A stretch of 64,000 nt of DNA, taken from Rubripirellula sp. Its GTDB lineage: Bacteria > Planctomycetota > Planctomycetia > Pirellulales > Pirellulaceae. Both the position numbers and the translations under genes were made by a program. The notes under the pieces were generated by a model. The model saw only the letters and a program-made list of their open reading frames with translations. It was not told where the DNA came from and ran no database searches. Each line of letters starts with the position of its first letter. The stretch's first letter is position 1. Positions 1 to 9,423 of the stretch are shown here, in pieces. Location of the stretch: assembly GCA_965216875.1 (NCBI GenBank), contig OZ244207.1:4288001-4352000 (forward strand), given 5' to 3'.

Positions 1-55
1 GTGTGATCCGTTCTATTCGTGGTTTCCTCGGTGCCGAACCACACCGAGAAACCAC

Positions 56-592
56 CTAGGGGCACGGTCCGTTTTCGCAACACGCGCCCACACCACACAT
101 CAGCATCGTGGATGCAACATTTCCGATGCAAAGCAACGCAGCGAAAAAGAACGCAAACTTCTCAAACCGCGACGGCGCGCGTGATTCACCTTCGGGCTCT
201 TGTTTCGTCACAAACAGGAAGATGGCCGATCCGAGAATGCTGGCCACGAAGATCAGGACTCCCCACGTGTACAAGTGCATGCCCATAAATGGCGTGCCAT
301 AACCAAGTGGCTCGCCCGGTTCCGGCGAAATGTGCAACAACACTTGCCGCACCGAGTAGCCGCACCCGACCACGGCGGCAACGATCACCGCCGCAAAATG
401 CTTAGCGGAAAAACCAAAGAAGGTATTCAAACTCAATCCGACGGCAACACCGATCATTCCCATTCGTTGCAACAAACATAGCGGACAGGGATCTTCGCCG
501 AGACCGTACTGGAAGTAAAAGGCTCCCGACAAAATGCTGCACATCGCAAGCACGCAACAACTGTTCGCATCGTAGAGGCGTTGATGATTCAT
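56..592 (-). CDS. DsbB/DsbI-family disulfide bond formation membrane protein
   Basis: EDPCPLCLLQR (CxxC...QR) motif, several hydrophobic helices, GxHLYTW segment, Cys-rich C-terminus. Confidence 0.8.
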   Translation of the reverse strand: MNHQRLYDANSCCVLAMCSILSGAFYFQYGLGEDPCPLCLLQRMGMIGVAVGLSLNTFFGFSAKHFAAVIVAAVVGCGYSVRQVLLHISPEPGEPLGYGTPFMGMHLYTWGVLIFVASILGSAIFLFVTKQEPEGESRAPSRFEKFAFFFAALLCIGNVASTMLMCGVGACCENGPCP

Positions 593-593
593 G

Positions 594-746
594 CTAGAAA
601 TTCAGCCCAAGCGACGAGTCCGCGTGATAGAAGTACATCGCAACGCTACTGGCGACAGCAACAGCGAGACTGACGAAGGCGGCGTTCTTTTTTCGAGCAT
701 GGACGAACCAAAACGCCAATGCATAAATCAGAAACAGAAGTGACAT
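594..746 (-). CDS. Small 2-TM membrane protein (50 aa, DUF5993-like) directly upstream of the DsbB-like gene; absent from the ORF track
   Basis: Hand translation MSLLFLIYALAFWFVHARKKNAAFVSLAVAVASSVAMYFYHADSSLGLNF; GAGGA RBS upstream; stop 1 nt before the dsbB ATG. Confidence 0.7.
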   Translation of the reverse strand: MSLLFLIYALAFWFVHARKKNAAFVSLAVAVASSVAMYFYHADSSLGLNF

Positions 747-814
747 TGAATCCTCGTGACACAGGGTGTGTGCCCATGTTAGTCAGACTTCACTGGCTTG
801 GTATGTGAAGAAGC

Positions 815-881
815 GAACCACGAATCACACGAATTGAACGAATGAAGAAACGAGGCTCTACATTCGTGTGATTCGTGGTTC
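815..881. repeat. Palindromic repeat family H (AACCACGAATCACACGAAT)
   Basis: Perfect 20-bp inverted repeat 815-834 / 862-881; related arms at 1-25 and 21793-21818. Confidence 0.8.
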
Positions 882-905
882 CCCGCTTGTTGAGATCGCC
901 GGTGT

Positions 906-1850
906 CTACTCGCCACCGCGAGCCTGCTCGACTTCCGCAGGGATTTCGCGGCCGTCCATGGGGACAAACGTCAAGACGCGACGCGGCGGTTCACAAACCG
1001 CTGAGTCAGAATGTGTTGCCTGCCAATGGAGGTTTCCGGGCCCTTGGACGGTGTCGCCATCTTTGATCACCTCGCCGTTTTGAACGACGTAGAGCGAGAC
1101 GTTGCGTAGAAAGTGATCGACCTCATTGAAGTCGTACGACTCGGCGTGAAAGATTGCCTCCATATCTCGAACATCGAATTGACTATTGCCAACGGTGTCC
1201 ATCAAGGTCCACTGGGGGTTCACGTTGAAAAACCGAATGTTGGACCAAACATCGAGCGGTGGGATTTCGTTTCTTAGCCCATGTTCAAGACTGTCGGTCA
1301 AGTCGTCATGGGAGCGCAAGATTTCGCCATTCGGATTGAAGTAGCAAAGCGCCTCGGGCAATTCGAGAAGCGACGCGACCACGGCCGTTGCAAAATGCAA
1401 TTCCGGCAGTGCCTCGTAGTCCTTTGGCATCACTGGTTCGTCGTCGCTTGCACCAAATGCGTAGCTGGAACGCACGCGAATGAAGGCACGATGCGATTCG
1501 GCGATCGTGCGTCCTGGTTCCCAAGCCCAACAGTGTTGCGACGCCCGCGCAAGACCACCAGGAAAGGTGTAGGGACCAAAGTTGCCAAACGACCACGCAG
1601 CGAACAATTCGGGTTCCTCCGGACTGCCCATAGGGTCCGGCCAAGTCTGGTCGACAATATCGACGGCCACCAGACCATTCGATTCAATGTCGTAGGCAAG
1701 GATCAAACAGGGGCCACTAAAGAACCAGTTTTCGTTTTCGTCGATCCGCTTACAGATCTCGAACTCACTCAGGACCGCTGCGATCTGGTCAAGATCGACG
1801 GCATCTTTCAAAAGCACGCACAAACCTTGCGTGTACATTCCCTTCGGCAT
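906..1850 (-). CDS. DUF4261-domain protein
   Basis: C-terminal MDTVG..QF...DME...YVVQNGEVIKDGDT pattern resembling DUF4261; acidic 314-aa ORF. Confidence 0.6.
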   Translation of the reverse strand: MPKGMYTQGLCVLLKDAVDLDQIAAVLSEFEICKRIDENENWFFSGPCLILAYDIESNGLVAVDIVDQTWPDPMGSPEEPELFAAWSFGNFGPYTFPGGLARASQHCWAWEPGRTIAESHRAFIRVRSSYAFGASDDEPVMPKDYEALPELHFATAVVASLLELPEALCYFNPNGEILRSHDDLTDSLEHGLRNEIPPLDVWSNIRFFNVNPQWTLMDTVGNSQFDVRDMEAIFHAESYDFNEVDHFLRNVSLYVVQNGEVIKDGDTVQGPGNLHWQATHSDSAVCEPPRRVLTFVPMDGREIPAEVEQARGGE

Positions 1851-1937
1851 GCTCGCTCAACTCCAATGGTGGAACAGGTTGGCAAGCAGTTTAACGCCAA
1901 CAGTCTGACTCGGCGCGAGGGAACGGATCGGAAAGCA

Positions 1938-2594
1938 TCAAGTTCGCGCCAATAGGTACGCCGCTTCCTCTACCTTGTCCAATCCCCTCGACGCCAAATC
2001 GACCACGTCCGACAAATCGGTCACACCGCCAAGTTGCGCGACGTTGAATTCATCGGCAAAGAGCCGAGCGACTTCGGAATCGTCGATCGAAAAAGGTGGA
2101 CCTTCCTTTTGGCTTTGATCGTAGATCAGCGTCACGAGAAGCATCTTGCCCTGGGGCGAAATCGCCTCAGCAAGCAACTTGGCATAGCGAGATCGCAAAT
2201 CGGGCGGCAGCGCAACCGTTGCAGCTCGGTCGTAAACGGCATCGATCGTCGGATGCGACGCGGATCGCATCTCGAAAATGTCACCACCGTAGAGCGTGAT
2301 CTGATCGCCGGAATAGACGTGATACGGGCCTTGCTGCGAAACGGTGTGGTGGATGTCATGTTCCGACAAAAAAACCTCGATCGCATCACGACTGAGCTCA
2401 AAGCCGACCACGTGGTGACCTTGATCGCGCAGCCACATCATATCGATCGAACTTCCACAAAGGGGGACCAGGACGTTGGCCGAACGATCCAACCCAAGTA
2501 GCCCCCAACACTCGCGTAGTTTTTCGTTGGCTTCGGATTGCTGCCAACCCGTGTCACCGGTCGCCCAAGCCTTATGCCAAAATTCAGGTTCCAT
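1938..2594 (-). CDS. tpm: Thiopurine S-methyltransferase
   Basis: MEPEFW..W, VLVPLCG, YDRA, GPPFS motifs. Confidence 0.88.
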   Translation of the reverse strand: MEPEFWHKAWATGDTGWQQSEANEKLRECWGLLGLDRSANVLVPLCGSSIDMMWLRDQGHHVVGFELSRDAIEVFLSEHDIHHTVSQQGPYHVYSGDQITLYGGDIFEMRSASHPTIDAVYDRAATVALPPDLRSRYAKLLAEAISPQGKMLLVTLIYDQSQKEGPPFSIDDSEVARLFADEFNVAQLGGVTDLSDVVDLASRGLDKVEEAAYLLART

Positions 2595-2768
2595 TGCCGT
2601 TTCGTCGCGTTGTCATGATAAGAGAAATAGATTGTCAGTTGCCGGACAGCATACAGACTGTCATTACGAATTCGCGTTGGCAAAGCCACAGAGGACACGG
2701 CGCACTTCGGGAACACCGGACCATGCCCTTGGAAATCGCAACGCCATCTCCACCCGTCGACAGAATCG

Positions 2769-3251
2769 TCAGCGTGGTGATTTTGACCCGTTCGTCGGGA
2801 CGCTCGATTCGTGTCGCGCTGACACTTCCGCCGCAGGGATGGTCAAACGCTTTGCATCCGCAGGGTGAATCATCGTCACCAGAACACGACACACTCGCTT
2901 GTCGCTTGGATTGCGCGCGACGCGGTGCAGGATCATGGTCGGTTCAAAGAACGAGTCACCCGCTTTGAGTGTTCGCAATGGCCGATCGCCAATTTGGAAC
3001 TCAAGCGTTCCTTCAAGGACGTAACCGGTAACCGGACCGGGATGATGGTGGGGCGGACTTTCCGCACCTGGCGGCAAAGTCACTTCGATCAACGATGCCT
3101 TGGCTGGTTTGCCGCCAAGGACCGCGTCGATCGTATCCGAGCGGATCATCCTCACACTCACCGCGTTCGGATGGTCCGTCTCCTCAGCATGGGAGCAGAA
3201 CACGAGACACATTCCGAGCGGAACGCCGAGCAAGATTCGAAAAAGAGACAT
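2769..3251 (-). CDS. Secreted cupin-domain protein
   Basis: PPHHHPG..GYVLEG and GDSFFEP..LH cupin motifs; signal-peptide-like N-terminus from Met at 3251. Confidence 0.75.
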   Translation of the reverse strand: MSLFRILLGVPLGMCLVFCSHAEETDHPNAVSVRMIRSDTIDAVLGGKPAKASLIEVTLPPGAESPPHHHPGPVTGYVLEGTLEFQIGDRPLRTLKAGDSFFEPTMILHRVARNPSDKRVCRVLVTMIHPADAKRLTIPAAEVSARHESSVPTNGSKSPR

Positions 3252-3289
3252 GTCTTTCCTTCGGGTTGAATGGCCGTTTGATGTTCCGA

Positions 3290-3784
3290 TCACGCGACGG
3301 CAGCGGACTCGGGGTGGAACGCTTTCAAGATGTGGTCGACGTATTGGTGGTCGGTGTGGAACGAAACAGCCAATCGATTCCAGTTATTGATCATTGCAAC
3401 GGCAAGCGTCAGCCGGCTCAAACCGTCTTGCCCGAAGACCGCCTCGCTTTCGCGGTAGAGCTCGTCGCCAACGCGTTTGGTGCCGGCCAGTTGCGTGACC
3501 GCTTCCGCCCAGCGTAGGGCCGCCGCCTCTTTGTCGGAAAAACACCTCGCTTCGGGCCAAACCGCGACCATGTCGATCCGCTCGTTCGACTCGCCCAGCA
3601 GTCGCAATCGACGCGTGTGAAGGAGAACACAAAACGAACAACCGTTGACTTGAGAGACGCGTAGCTTGACGAGTTCGAGCATGATTTTGTCGAGCCCATA
3701 GCCTTCGATGCAGGTCTCGATCTGGTTGAAGTGTTCGATTTCGCTTCGCAAAAACTGAAAGTAATTGGCTCTTTGTCCGGCCAT
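3290..3784 (-). CDS. Carboxymuconolactone decarboxylase / AhpD-family protein
   Basis: ELVKLRVSQVNGCSFC..H and IN.WNRL motifs; start moved to ATG at 3784. Confidence 0.85.
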   Translation of the reverse strand: MAGQRANYFQFLRSEIEHFNQIETCIEGYGLDKIMLELVKLRVSQVNGCSFCVLLHTRRLRLLGESNERIDMVAVWPEARCFSDKEAAALRWAEAVTQLAGTKRVGDELYRESEAVFGQDGLSRLTLAVAMINNWNRLAVSFHTDHQYVDHILKAFHPESAAVA

Positions 3785-3841
3785 GAATCTTGTCCTTCTG
3801 TTGAATCTAACGTGAAACGACCAAGCCAATCGTAGTAAACT

Positions 3842-3888
3842 AGTGGCCCTTCACTGGGACCACTCTTCGCCAATTCGACAGAGCCACT
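3842..3888. promoter_or_regulatory. Putative MocR-family operator (inverted plus direct repeat)
   Basis: AGTGGCCC..GGGACCACT inverted repeat at 3842-3864 and a third GAGCCACT at 3881-3888, between the divergent genes. Confidence 0.5.
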
Positions 3889-3890
3889 TT

Positions 3891-5420
3891 TTGCGCCCCA
3901 AAAAGGAAGACCAACGCTTCGAGTTCGAGACGCTTCGCATCGAAAGTGATCGGTCAGAGCATCAGTACCAACAACTCGAAAATCAGCTGCGCGATGCGAT
4001 TGCATCGGGCAAGATCGCTGGCGGCTCGCGCGTCCCGTCATCGCGGGCGCTCGCCAAACAGCTTGGCATTTCGCGAAACACCGTCCTTTCGGCCTACCAG
4101 CAACTGATTTCAGAAGGTTACCTGCAATCACAACACGGCTCGGGGACACGAGTTTCCGAATTGCCGCCCGAAACGTTCGTCTCCGTATCCAACGCAACCG
4201 GTCGGTCGAAGACGCGAGACCTTCAAAAGACCAAGACCAAGCGTTCACCGCTGGTCGCTGATTTCTCGCGTCGACTTTCGGCAAACGGAAAACGGTATGC
4301 CGAGTATGCAAAGTGGGTGACCAGCACTGCGGGCAAACCCGTTCCGTTTCGCCCCCACATCCCCTCGCTTGATCAGTTCCCACTAGCGACATGGAACCGT
4401 TTGCAGAACGACCTTGCACGCTGGTCCACGACGACGTTCGAAAACGCGGACCCTCAAGGCTACCTGCCACTTCGACAATCGATCGCCGAATACATGGCTG
4501 TCTCGCGAGGCGTGCAGTGCACCGAGCAACAAGTGGTGATCACCGCGGGCGCCCAGCAAGGAATTCAATTACTCAGCCAAACACTCCTTGAACCTGGCGA
4601 CACGGTCTGGGTCGAACAACCTGGCAACGCTCCGGCAAACCAAATCCTTTCGCTGATGGGGCAACGCGTCGAAGGTGTGAGGGTTGATTCACAAGGCATC
4701 GAGATCGCCGACGCGATCGAACGCCAACTCAAGACGCCAAAACTGATCTACGTGACACCGAGTTGTCAGTGGCCACTTTCGGTCACGATGTCGCTCAGTC
4801 GACGACTTGAACTGATTCAGCAGGCGCAAACGTCTGGAAGCTGGATCGTTGAAGACGACTACAACGGGGAATACCGTTTTTCGGGACGGCCACAACCGGC
4901 GCTATGTAGTCTCGATCAGAGCGGACAAACGATCTACATGGGAACGTTTTCGAAAATGTTGTTCCCAGCCATTCGGCTCGGTTTCTTGGTCGTTCCCGAA
5001 CAGATCGCTGGACCACTTTCGGCCGCGCGTTGGTTGATGGATCGTTTTTCGCCGCCTCTACAGCAGATGACGCTGCATCGGTTCATCGAATCGGGTCACT
5101 TCCTCAAACACGTTCGGCAGATGCGTTCGCTCTATCGCGACCGCCAAGGTTTCCTAGCGGATCTCCTCGAGAAGCGATTTGGGGACGCCATCAATGTGGT
5201 CCGTCCTGACTCGGGGATGCATCTGGTCGTCTACGGACGCAACAAATCGACTGAAAAGCGGCTCTGCTCGGCCGCGATTGCGGCCGGTGTGCATCACCAC
5301 ACCGTGCAAATGTACGCTTCAGGCGATGCTGATTTCCGAGGCATCATTCTCGGCTTCGCCCCTTTCGACACTTCGACGACGCGGCGAGCCGTCAACGCTT
5401 GGGCGAGACGGTTTTCGTAG
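3891..5420 (+). CDS. GntR/MocR-family regulator (wHTH plus PLP aminotransferase-like domain); start uncertain (3843 GTG or 3891 TTG)
   Basis: PSSRALA..LGISRNTV..AY.QL..EGY wHTH; IVEDDY and GTFSK PLP-Lys motif. Confidence 0.9.
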   Translation: MRPKKEDQRFEFETLRIESDRSEHQYQQLENQLRDAIASGKIAGGSRVPSSRALAKQLGISRNTVLSAYQQLISEGYLQSQHGSGTRVSELPPETFVSVSNATGRSKTRDLQKTKTKRSPLVADFSRRLSANGKRYAEYAKWVTSTAGKPVPFRPHIPSLDQFPLATWNRLQNDLARWSTTTFENADPQGYLPLRQSIAEYMAVSRGVQCTEQQVVITAGAQQGIQLLSQTLLEPGDTVWVEQPGNAPANQILSLMGQRVEGVRVDSQGIEIADAIERQLKTPKLIYVTPSCQWPLSVTMSLSRRLELIQQAQTSGSWIVEDDYNGEYRFSGRPQPALCSLDQSGQTIYMGTFSKMLFPAIRLGFLVVPEQIAGPLSAARWLMDRFSPPLQQMTLHRFIESGHFLKHVRQMRSLYRDRQGFLADLLEKRFGDAINVVRPDSGMHLVVYGRNKSTEKRLCSAAIAAGVHHHTVQMYASGDADFRGIILGFAPFDTSTTRRAVNAWARRFS

Positions 5421-5506
5421 TCCCGTCTGCGTCAAAGAGCGACACAAACCGGTTGTGCCCGACGAACGTGTTCCGGTTAAACTGAGTCCGTCCCCCGTAA
5501 CTTCGA

Positions 5507-7354
5507 ATGGATTTTCAGGTGTTCGCGTCGCTAAAAAATCGAACAGGCATCATCGTTTGCGTTTTGGTCGCCTTGGGTCTCACGTGCAAGACAACGTTGG
5601 GGGCGGACGACATTCCGGCCAATGCAAAACCGGGCGTCAAATACATCGGTAGCGAGAAGTGCATCGAATGTCACAAGGACGAGCACAAAAGCTATCTCGA
5701 CACCACTCATAGTGTCGCTGCCGAGATCACGGTCGCTGCAAACGAGCCCGACCCGGCCTCTTTCCAGGACAACTTCGCCGGCCACACCTACGAAGTGGAC
5801 ATTCGCAACAACGAAATGTTGCATCGCGAGCTGCTCCGTGGTCCCGATGGCCTTGAGCGTCACAAGACCGAACACGAAATCATCTTTTCGATCGGCTCTG
5901 GAGCGCACGGAAAAAGCTACCTCTATCGCGATGGCGATTTTTGGGCCCAGTCGCCGATTTCATGGTTCACCGAAACCGAAAAGTGGGGCATGTCCCCCGG
6001 CTACGACCGACCCTTGCACGTTTCGTTTCGCCGCAAAGTGGAACGCGGCTGCCTTTTTTGTCACGTCGGCGACATCGATCGAAAGGAAGAGAATCCATTC
6101 GTTTTCGATATCCGCGAAACAACCATCGGCTGCGAACGTTGCCACGGACCTGGTGAACTGCACGCCCAACGCTATCGCGAAAACCCAAAGGCGACCGGCC
6201 CCGACAATACGATCGTGAACCCCGCAAACTTATCACGTGACCTTTCCGAAGCGGTCTGCCAACAGTGCCATTTGCAAACGGCAGCGAAGGTCGAAGTGAC
6301 GGGCAAAGACGAATGGGATTTCCGGCCCGGTCTGCCACTGGCTGACTTTCGTGTCGATTACCAGTACCGACTTGGTGACGATTCAATGAAGATCGTCGGG
6401 CATGTCGAACAGATGCACCAAAGCGAATGTTACATCCAAACGGAATCCCTATCCTGCATCACTTGCCACAACCCTCACCAGGTCGCCAAGCCTGAACAAA
6501 AGTTGCTGCACTATCGAAAGATCTGCCTCGACTGTCACCAAGACTTGGACTGCGGCAAGCCTCATCAAGAACGTGTCCAGCTGACCAACAACAGTTGCTA
6601 CGAGTGTCACATGCCCAAGGCGGACACGAATGTTGTGCACGCAGCTTTTCATCATCATCGAATCGGAATCCACGACAAAAAGGCAAAGGCCGATCGTGAA
6701 GTGATTGCCGGGCTGTCGCCTGTTCTAAACATCGATCATCTATCGGAACAGGAACAAGCTCGCTGTGCAGCGCTGGCCAAGTACGAAGCGTTGCGTGCCG
6801 ATGCGGGACGCCCCGAGTTTTCGGAATACGGATTCGAAGCGGCCGCGGAGTTGATCCAACTCAAACAAGCGGGCGTTGACGATCCTCGGCTCAACGCGGT
6901 GTTGTCGTGGCTTGCCGCCGACCAAGGGCAAGCCGAGATCGCTGACAACTTGGCGGAGCATGTTCTGAAAATTGAGCCGCGACCGACGCGCGATCGAATT
7001 CAAGCCACCCGCTACTTGGCCAATCGCGCTTTCAAGAAAGGGGAGCGACAAGCCGCCGTCGAGCTCTATCGAAAGCTCGCCTCCTATCGCCGAGACGCGC
7101 AGGATGTCTACTTCCTTGGCCTTTGCGAAAACAACGCCGGCAACGCGGAAAAGTCCATTGAGGCTCTGAAGCGTTCGCTCGAAATCGATCCCTCACAAGA
7201 CGCCGCCCATCGCGCACTGCAAGCGATCTACGGCGCGATCGGAAAGAACCAGGAGGCGGAATACCACGCCCGCCGCGCCGCTGAAAACCAAGCCTTGAGC
7301 GACCGATTGCAGGCACAGGCAGTGGAGATGATGGAGCGAGAGAAATCGAAGTAG
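5507..7354 (+). CDS. Exported multiheme (7 CxxCH) c-type cytochrome with C-terminal TPR region
   Basis: CIECH, CLFCH, CERCH, CQQCH, CITCH, CLDCH, CYECH; hydrophobic N-terminus; TPR-like helices (YFLG...ALKRSLEIDP). Confidence 0.85.
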   Translation: MDFQVFASLKNRTGIIVCVLVALGLTCKTTLGADDIPANAKPGVKYIGSEKCIECHKDEHKSYLDTTHSVAAEITVAANEPDPASFQDNFAGHTYEVDIRNNEMLHRELLRGPDGLERHKTEHEIIFSIGSGAHGKSYLYRDGDFWAQSPISWFTETEKWGMSPGYDRPLHVSFRRKVERGCLFCHVGDIDRKEENPFVFDIRETTIGCERCHGPGELHAQRYRENPKATGPDNTIVNPANLSRDLSEAVCQQCHLQTAAKVEVTGKDEWDFRPGLPLADFRVDYQYRLGDDSMKIVGHVEQMHQSECYIQTESLSCITCHNPHQVAKPEQKLLHYRKICLDCHQDLDCGKPHQERVQLTNNSCYECHMPKADTNVVHAAFHHHRIGIHDKKAKADREVIAGLSPVLNIDHLSEQEQARCAALAKYEALRADAGRPEFSEYGFEAAAELIQLKQAGVDDPRLNAVLSWLAADQGQAEIADNLAEHVLKIEPRPTRDRIQATRYLANRAFKKGERQAAVELYRKLASYRRDAQDVYFLGLCENNAGNAEKSIEALKRSLEIDPSQDAAHRALQAIYGAIGKNQEAEYHARRAAENQALSDRLQAQAVEMMEREKSK

Positions 7355-7368
7355 CGTTAGCGTCGGCT

Positions 7369-7471
7369 GTTTGTAGTACCGCCTTTTGGCGGCGGGGACG
7401 AAGATTCCGGCTGAAGCCGGTACTACGAACGAGAGGCACGTAAGATTCCGGCCAATGCTGGTACTGCGAAC
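7369..7471. repeat. REP-like family A cluster (GTAGTACCGGCTTCAGCCGGAAT)
   Basis: GTAGTACC.. arm plus two ATTCCGGCTGAAGCCGGTACTACGAAC-like copies; same motif at about 9.5-9.77 kb, 25.76 kb and 37.67 kb. Confidence 0.8.
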
Positions 7472-7584
7472 GGAATTGCCGGGGGCTGGAAGACGAGGGG
7501 CGGTAGTGCGTATTCTCTGTGGTGACGCTCAAGTTGTGAAAACGGGCGTTTTTGCTTCACTTTCATTCGCATGACGATTCGAGC

Positions 7585-8463
7585 ATGAGTTTTCCAGACG
7601 ATCTCCTTCACTTGGTGCGAACCGACGAGCCTCTTGGACCACTCGTTTGGCTCGGAATCGGCGGGCCAGCCCGCTATTTTGCCGAGCCTGTCGACCGCGA
7701 CGAACTCGTGCGAATCGTCCAAGCGGCCTCCGACGCGGGGCTGACCATCCGCATTCTTGGCGGGGGCAGCAACGTCCTGGTCCGCGAAGCAGGTGTGGAT
7801 GGCGTGGTGATCTCGCTGGCCGCAGCCGCAACGAGCCAATTGTCGATCGAAGGCAACAAAATGACGGTCGGCGCCGGCGCCAAACTCTCCCACGCCGTGA
7901 TCAAAGCGGTCGGCGCTGGTCTCGGCGGGCTCGAGCACCTCGTCGGCATCCCAGGCACGGTCGGTGGCGCGGTGGTAGGTAACGCTTCGAGCGGCGGTCG
8001 TGACATCGGATCGGTCGTCCAATCGCTGACCGTGCTTGAAAAAGATGGCACGATGCGCGAAATGTCGGGCGACGAAGCCGAGTTCTCACACCGCAAATCA
8101 GCCCTCAGTGTCTTCACGCTGCTCGACATCACCTTCTCGCTCGAACAGCGCAGCGCCGACGATCTGACCAAACGTATGCAAAAGCTCTGGATCGGCCGCA
8201 ACGCGTCACGTCCGACCGAAGAACGCCGAATTGCTGTCCCGTTCGTCGACCCGGACGGAATGCCAGCAAAAGAATTGATCCAAAACGTTGGCCTTGCTGG
8301 CATTCGCGAAGGGGACGTCTCGCTCGATCCGAACGAGCCGAACTATCTGATCGCACATGACGGTGCGACGAGCGAGCAATGCTTGCGATTGATCGAGCGG
8401 GTACGTGAACAAGTGCTGCTGCAAACCGGGATCGACTTGCAGCTAAACCTGCAAATCTGGTAA
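7585..8463 (+). CDS. murB: MurB-like FAD-binding protein (UDP-N-acetylenolpyruvoylglucosamine reductase fold); catalytic residues look substituted
   Basis: IGGPA, LGGGSNVLV and GIPGTVGGA FAD motifs; degenerate C-terminal motifs. Confidence 0.75.
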   Translation: MSFPDDLLHLVRTDEPLGPLVWLGIGGPARYFAEPVDRDELVRIVQAASDAGLTIRILGGGSNVLVREAGVDGVVISLAAAATSQLSIEGNKMTVGAGAKLSHAVIKAVGAGLGGLEHLVGIPGTVGGAVVGNASSGGRDIGSVVQSLTVLEKDGTMREMSGDEAEFSHRKSALSVFTLLDITFSLEQRSADDLTKRMQKLWIGRNASRPTEERRIAVPFVDPDGMPAKELIQNVGLAGIREGDVSLDPNEPNYLIAHDGATSEQCLRLIERVREQVLLQTGIDLQLNLQIW

Positions 8464-8580
8464 TCATTCCTCATTGGGATCGAGTTTCCCAACCGTCTAG
8501 TTGTCGCGCAAGCATTACCTGCAGCGCAAATCCATCCAGGCGGACCGTTTAGTGCAATGGATTGCAGAGGGGGGAAGGCG

Positions 8581-9423
8581 ATGGCAATGAAGTCGCCTGA
8601 TAACGAGGGCCCGCGTCCAATTCGGGACCTGTTGCGAAAACTGATCAAAGCCCCGTCCGCACTGGCCGTGATCTGGCCAGCTCTTCTGTTGATCATTGGA
8701 TACACAGCGTGGCACCAATGGGGTGCGGATCACGTTGCCTCAAAGTACTACGGCGTCGATCCATCGATGATCCACGTCACCGAACCGCCCGAGTACGTTC
8801 GAACGGATGTCGCGGAGACGATTTACCACGACACAGGAATGGAAAACCTGTCGCTGCTCGACCCGCGCGCGACGGCCAAGATCGCGTCTGCGTTTTCGAT
8901 GAACGCGTGGGTCAAGAAGGTCGTCAGCGTCCGAAAACTCTCTGGCGGTGTCATCGACGTTCGCCTTCAGTATCGGCGTCCCGTCGCAATGGTCTTGGTT
9001 GCGAAGGCAAGCGAGCCAGGCAACTGGTTTGTCCCCGTCGATGACGAGGGCGTGTTGTTGCCGACCACCGAGTTTGCTCAAGTCGAAACGCTGCACTTCA
9101 TTCACATCACCGTGCCAGGTTTGCTGGTCGACGGACGGCCAGTCGGAACCCCGTTTGGTGACCCGCGTGTCGAAGCGGCAGCAAGACTTGCTGGCGTGCT
9201 GGCAGATCACCGCGACCAAATCGATGTGGTTCGGATCGAAGTCCCAGGCGACCCGCGGGTGAACACGATTCCGCAATTGGAATTGGTCACCAGTGACGAA
9301 CAAACCCGATTCTGGGGCAGCCCACCCGGAATGGAAAAACGGGGAGAAGACACGCCGGAGATCAAACTACAGCGTTTGATCCACTCCACCGCCGCCGACC
9401 TTCGCATGGCCCAGCGCCCGTAG
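8581..9423 (+). CDS. FtsQ/DivIB-like bitopic membrane protein
   Basis: Single N-terminal TM, then WVKKV.SVRK...I.V.L.YRRPVA POTRA-like segment and VDDEGVLLP; directly after murB. Confidence 0.6.
   Translation: MAMKSPDNEGPRPIRDLLRKLIKAPSALAVIWPALLLIIGYTAWHQWGADHVASKYYGVDPSMIHVTEPPEYVRTDVAETIYHDTGMENLSLLDPRATAKIASAFSMNAWVKKVVSVRKLSGGVIDVRLQYRRPVAMVLVAKASEPGNWFVPVDDEGVLLPTTEFAQVETLHFIHITVPGLLVDGRPVGTPFGDPRVEAAARLAGVLADHRDQIDVVRIEVPGDPRVNTIPQLELVTSDEQTRFWGSPPGMEKRGEDTPEIKLQRLIHSTAADLRMAQRP

Noticed and set aside
3418..4470. 350-aa - strand ORF
   Set aside because: Overlaps two motif-supported genes; Arg/Ser-rich composition typical of a non-coding frame
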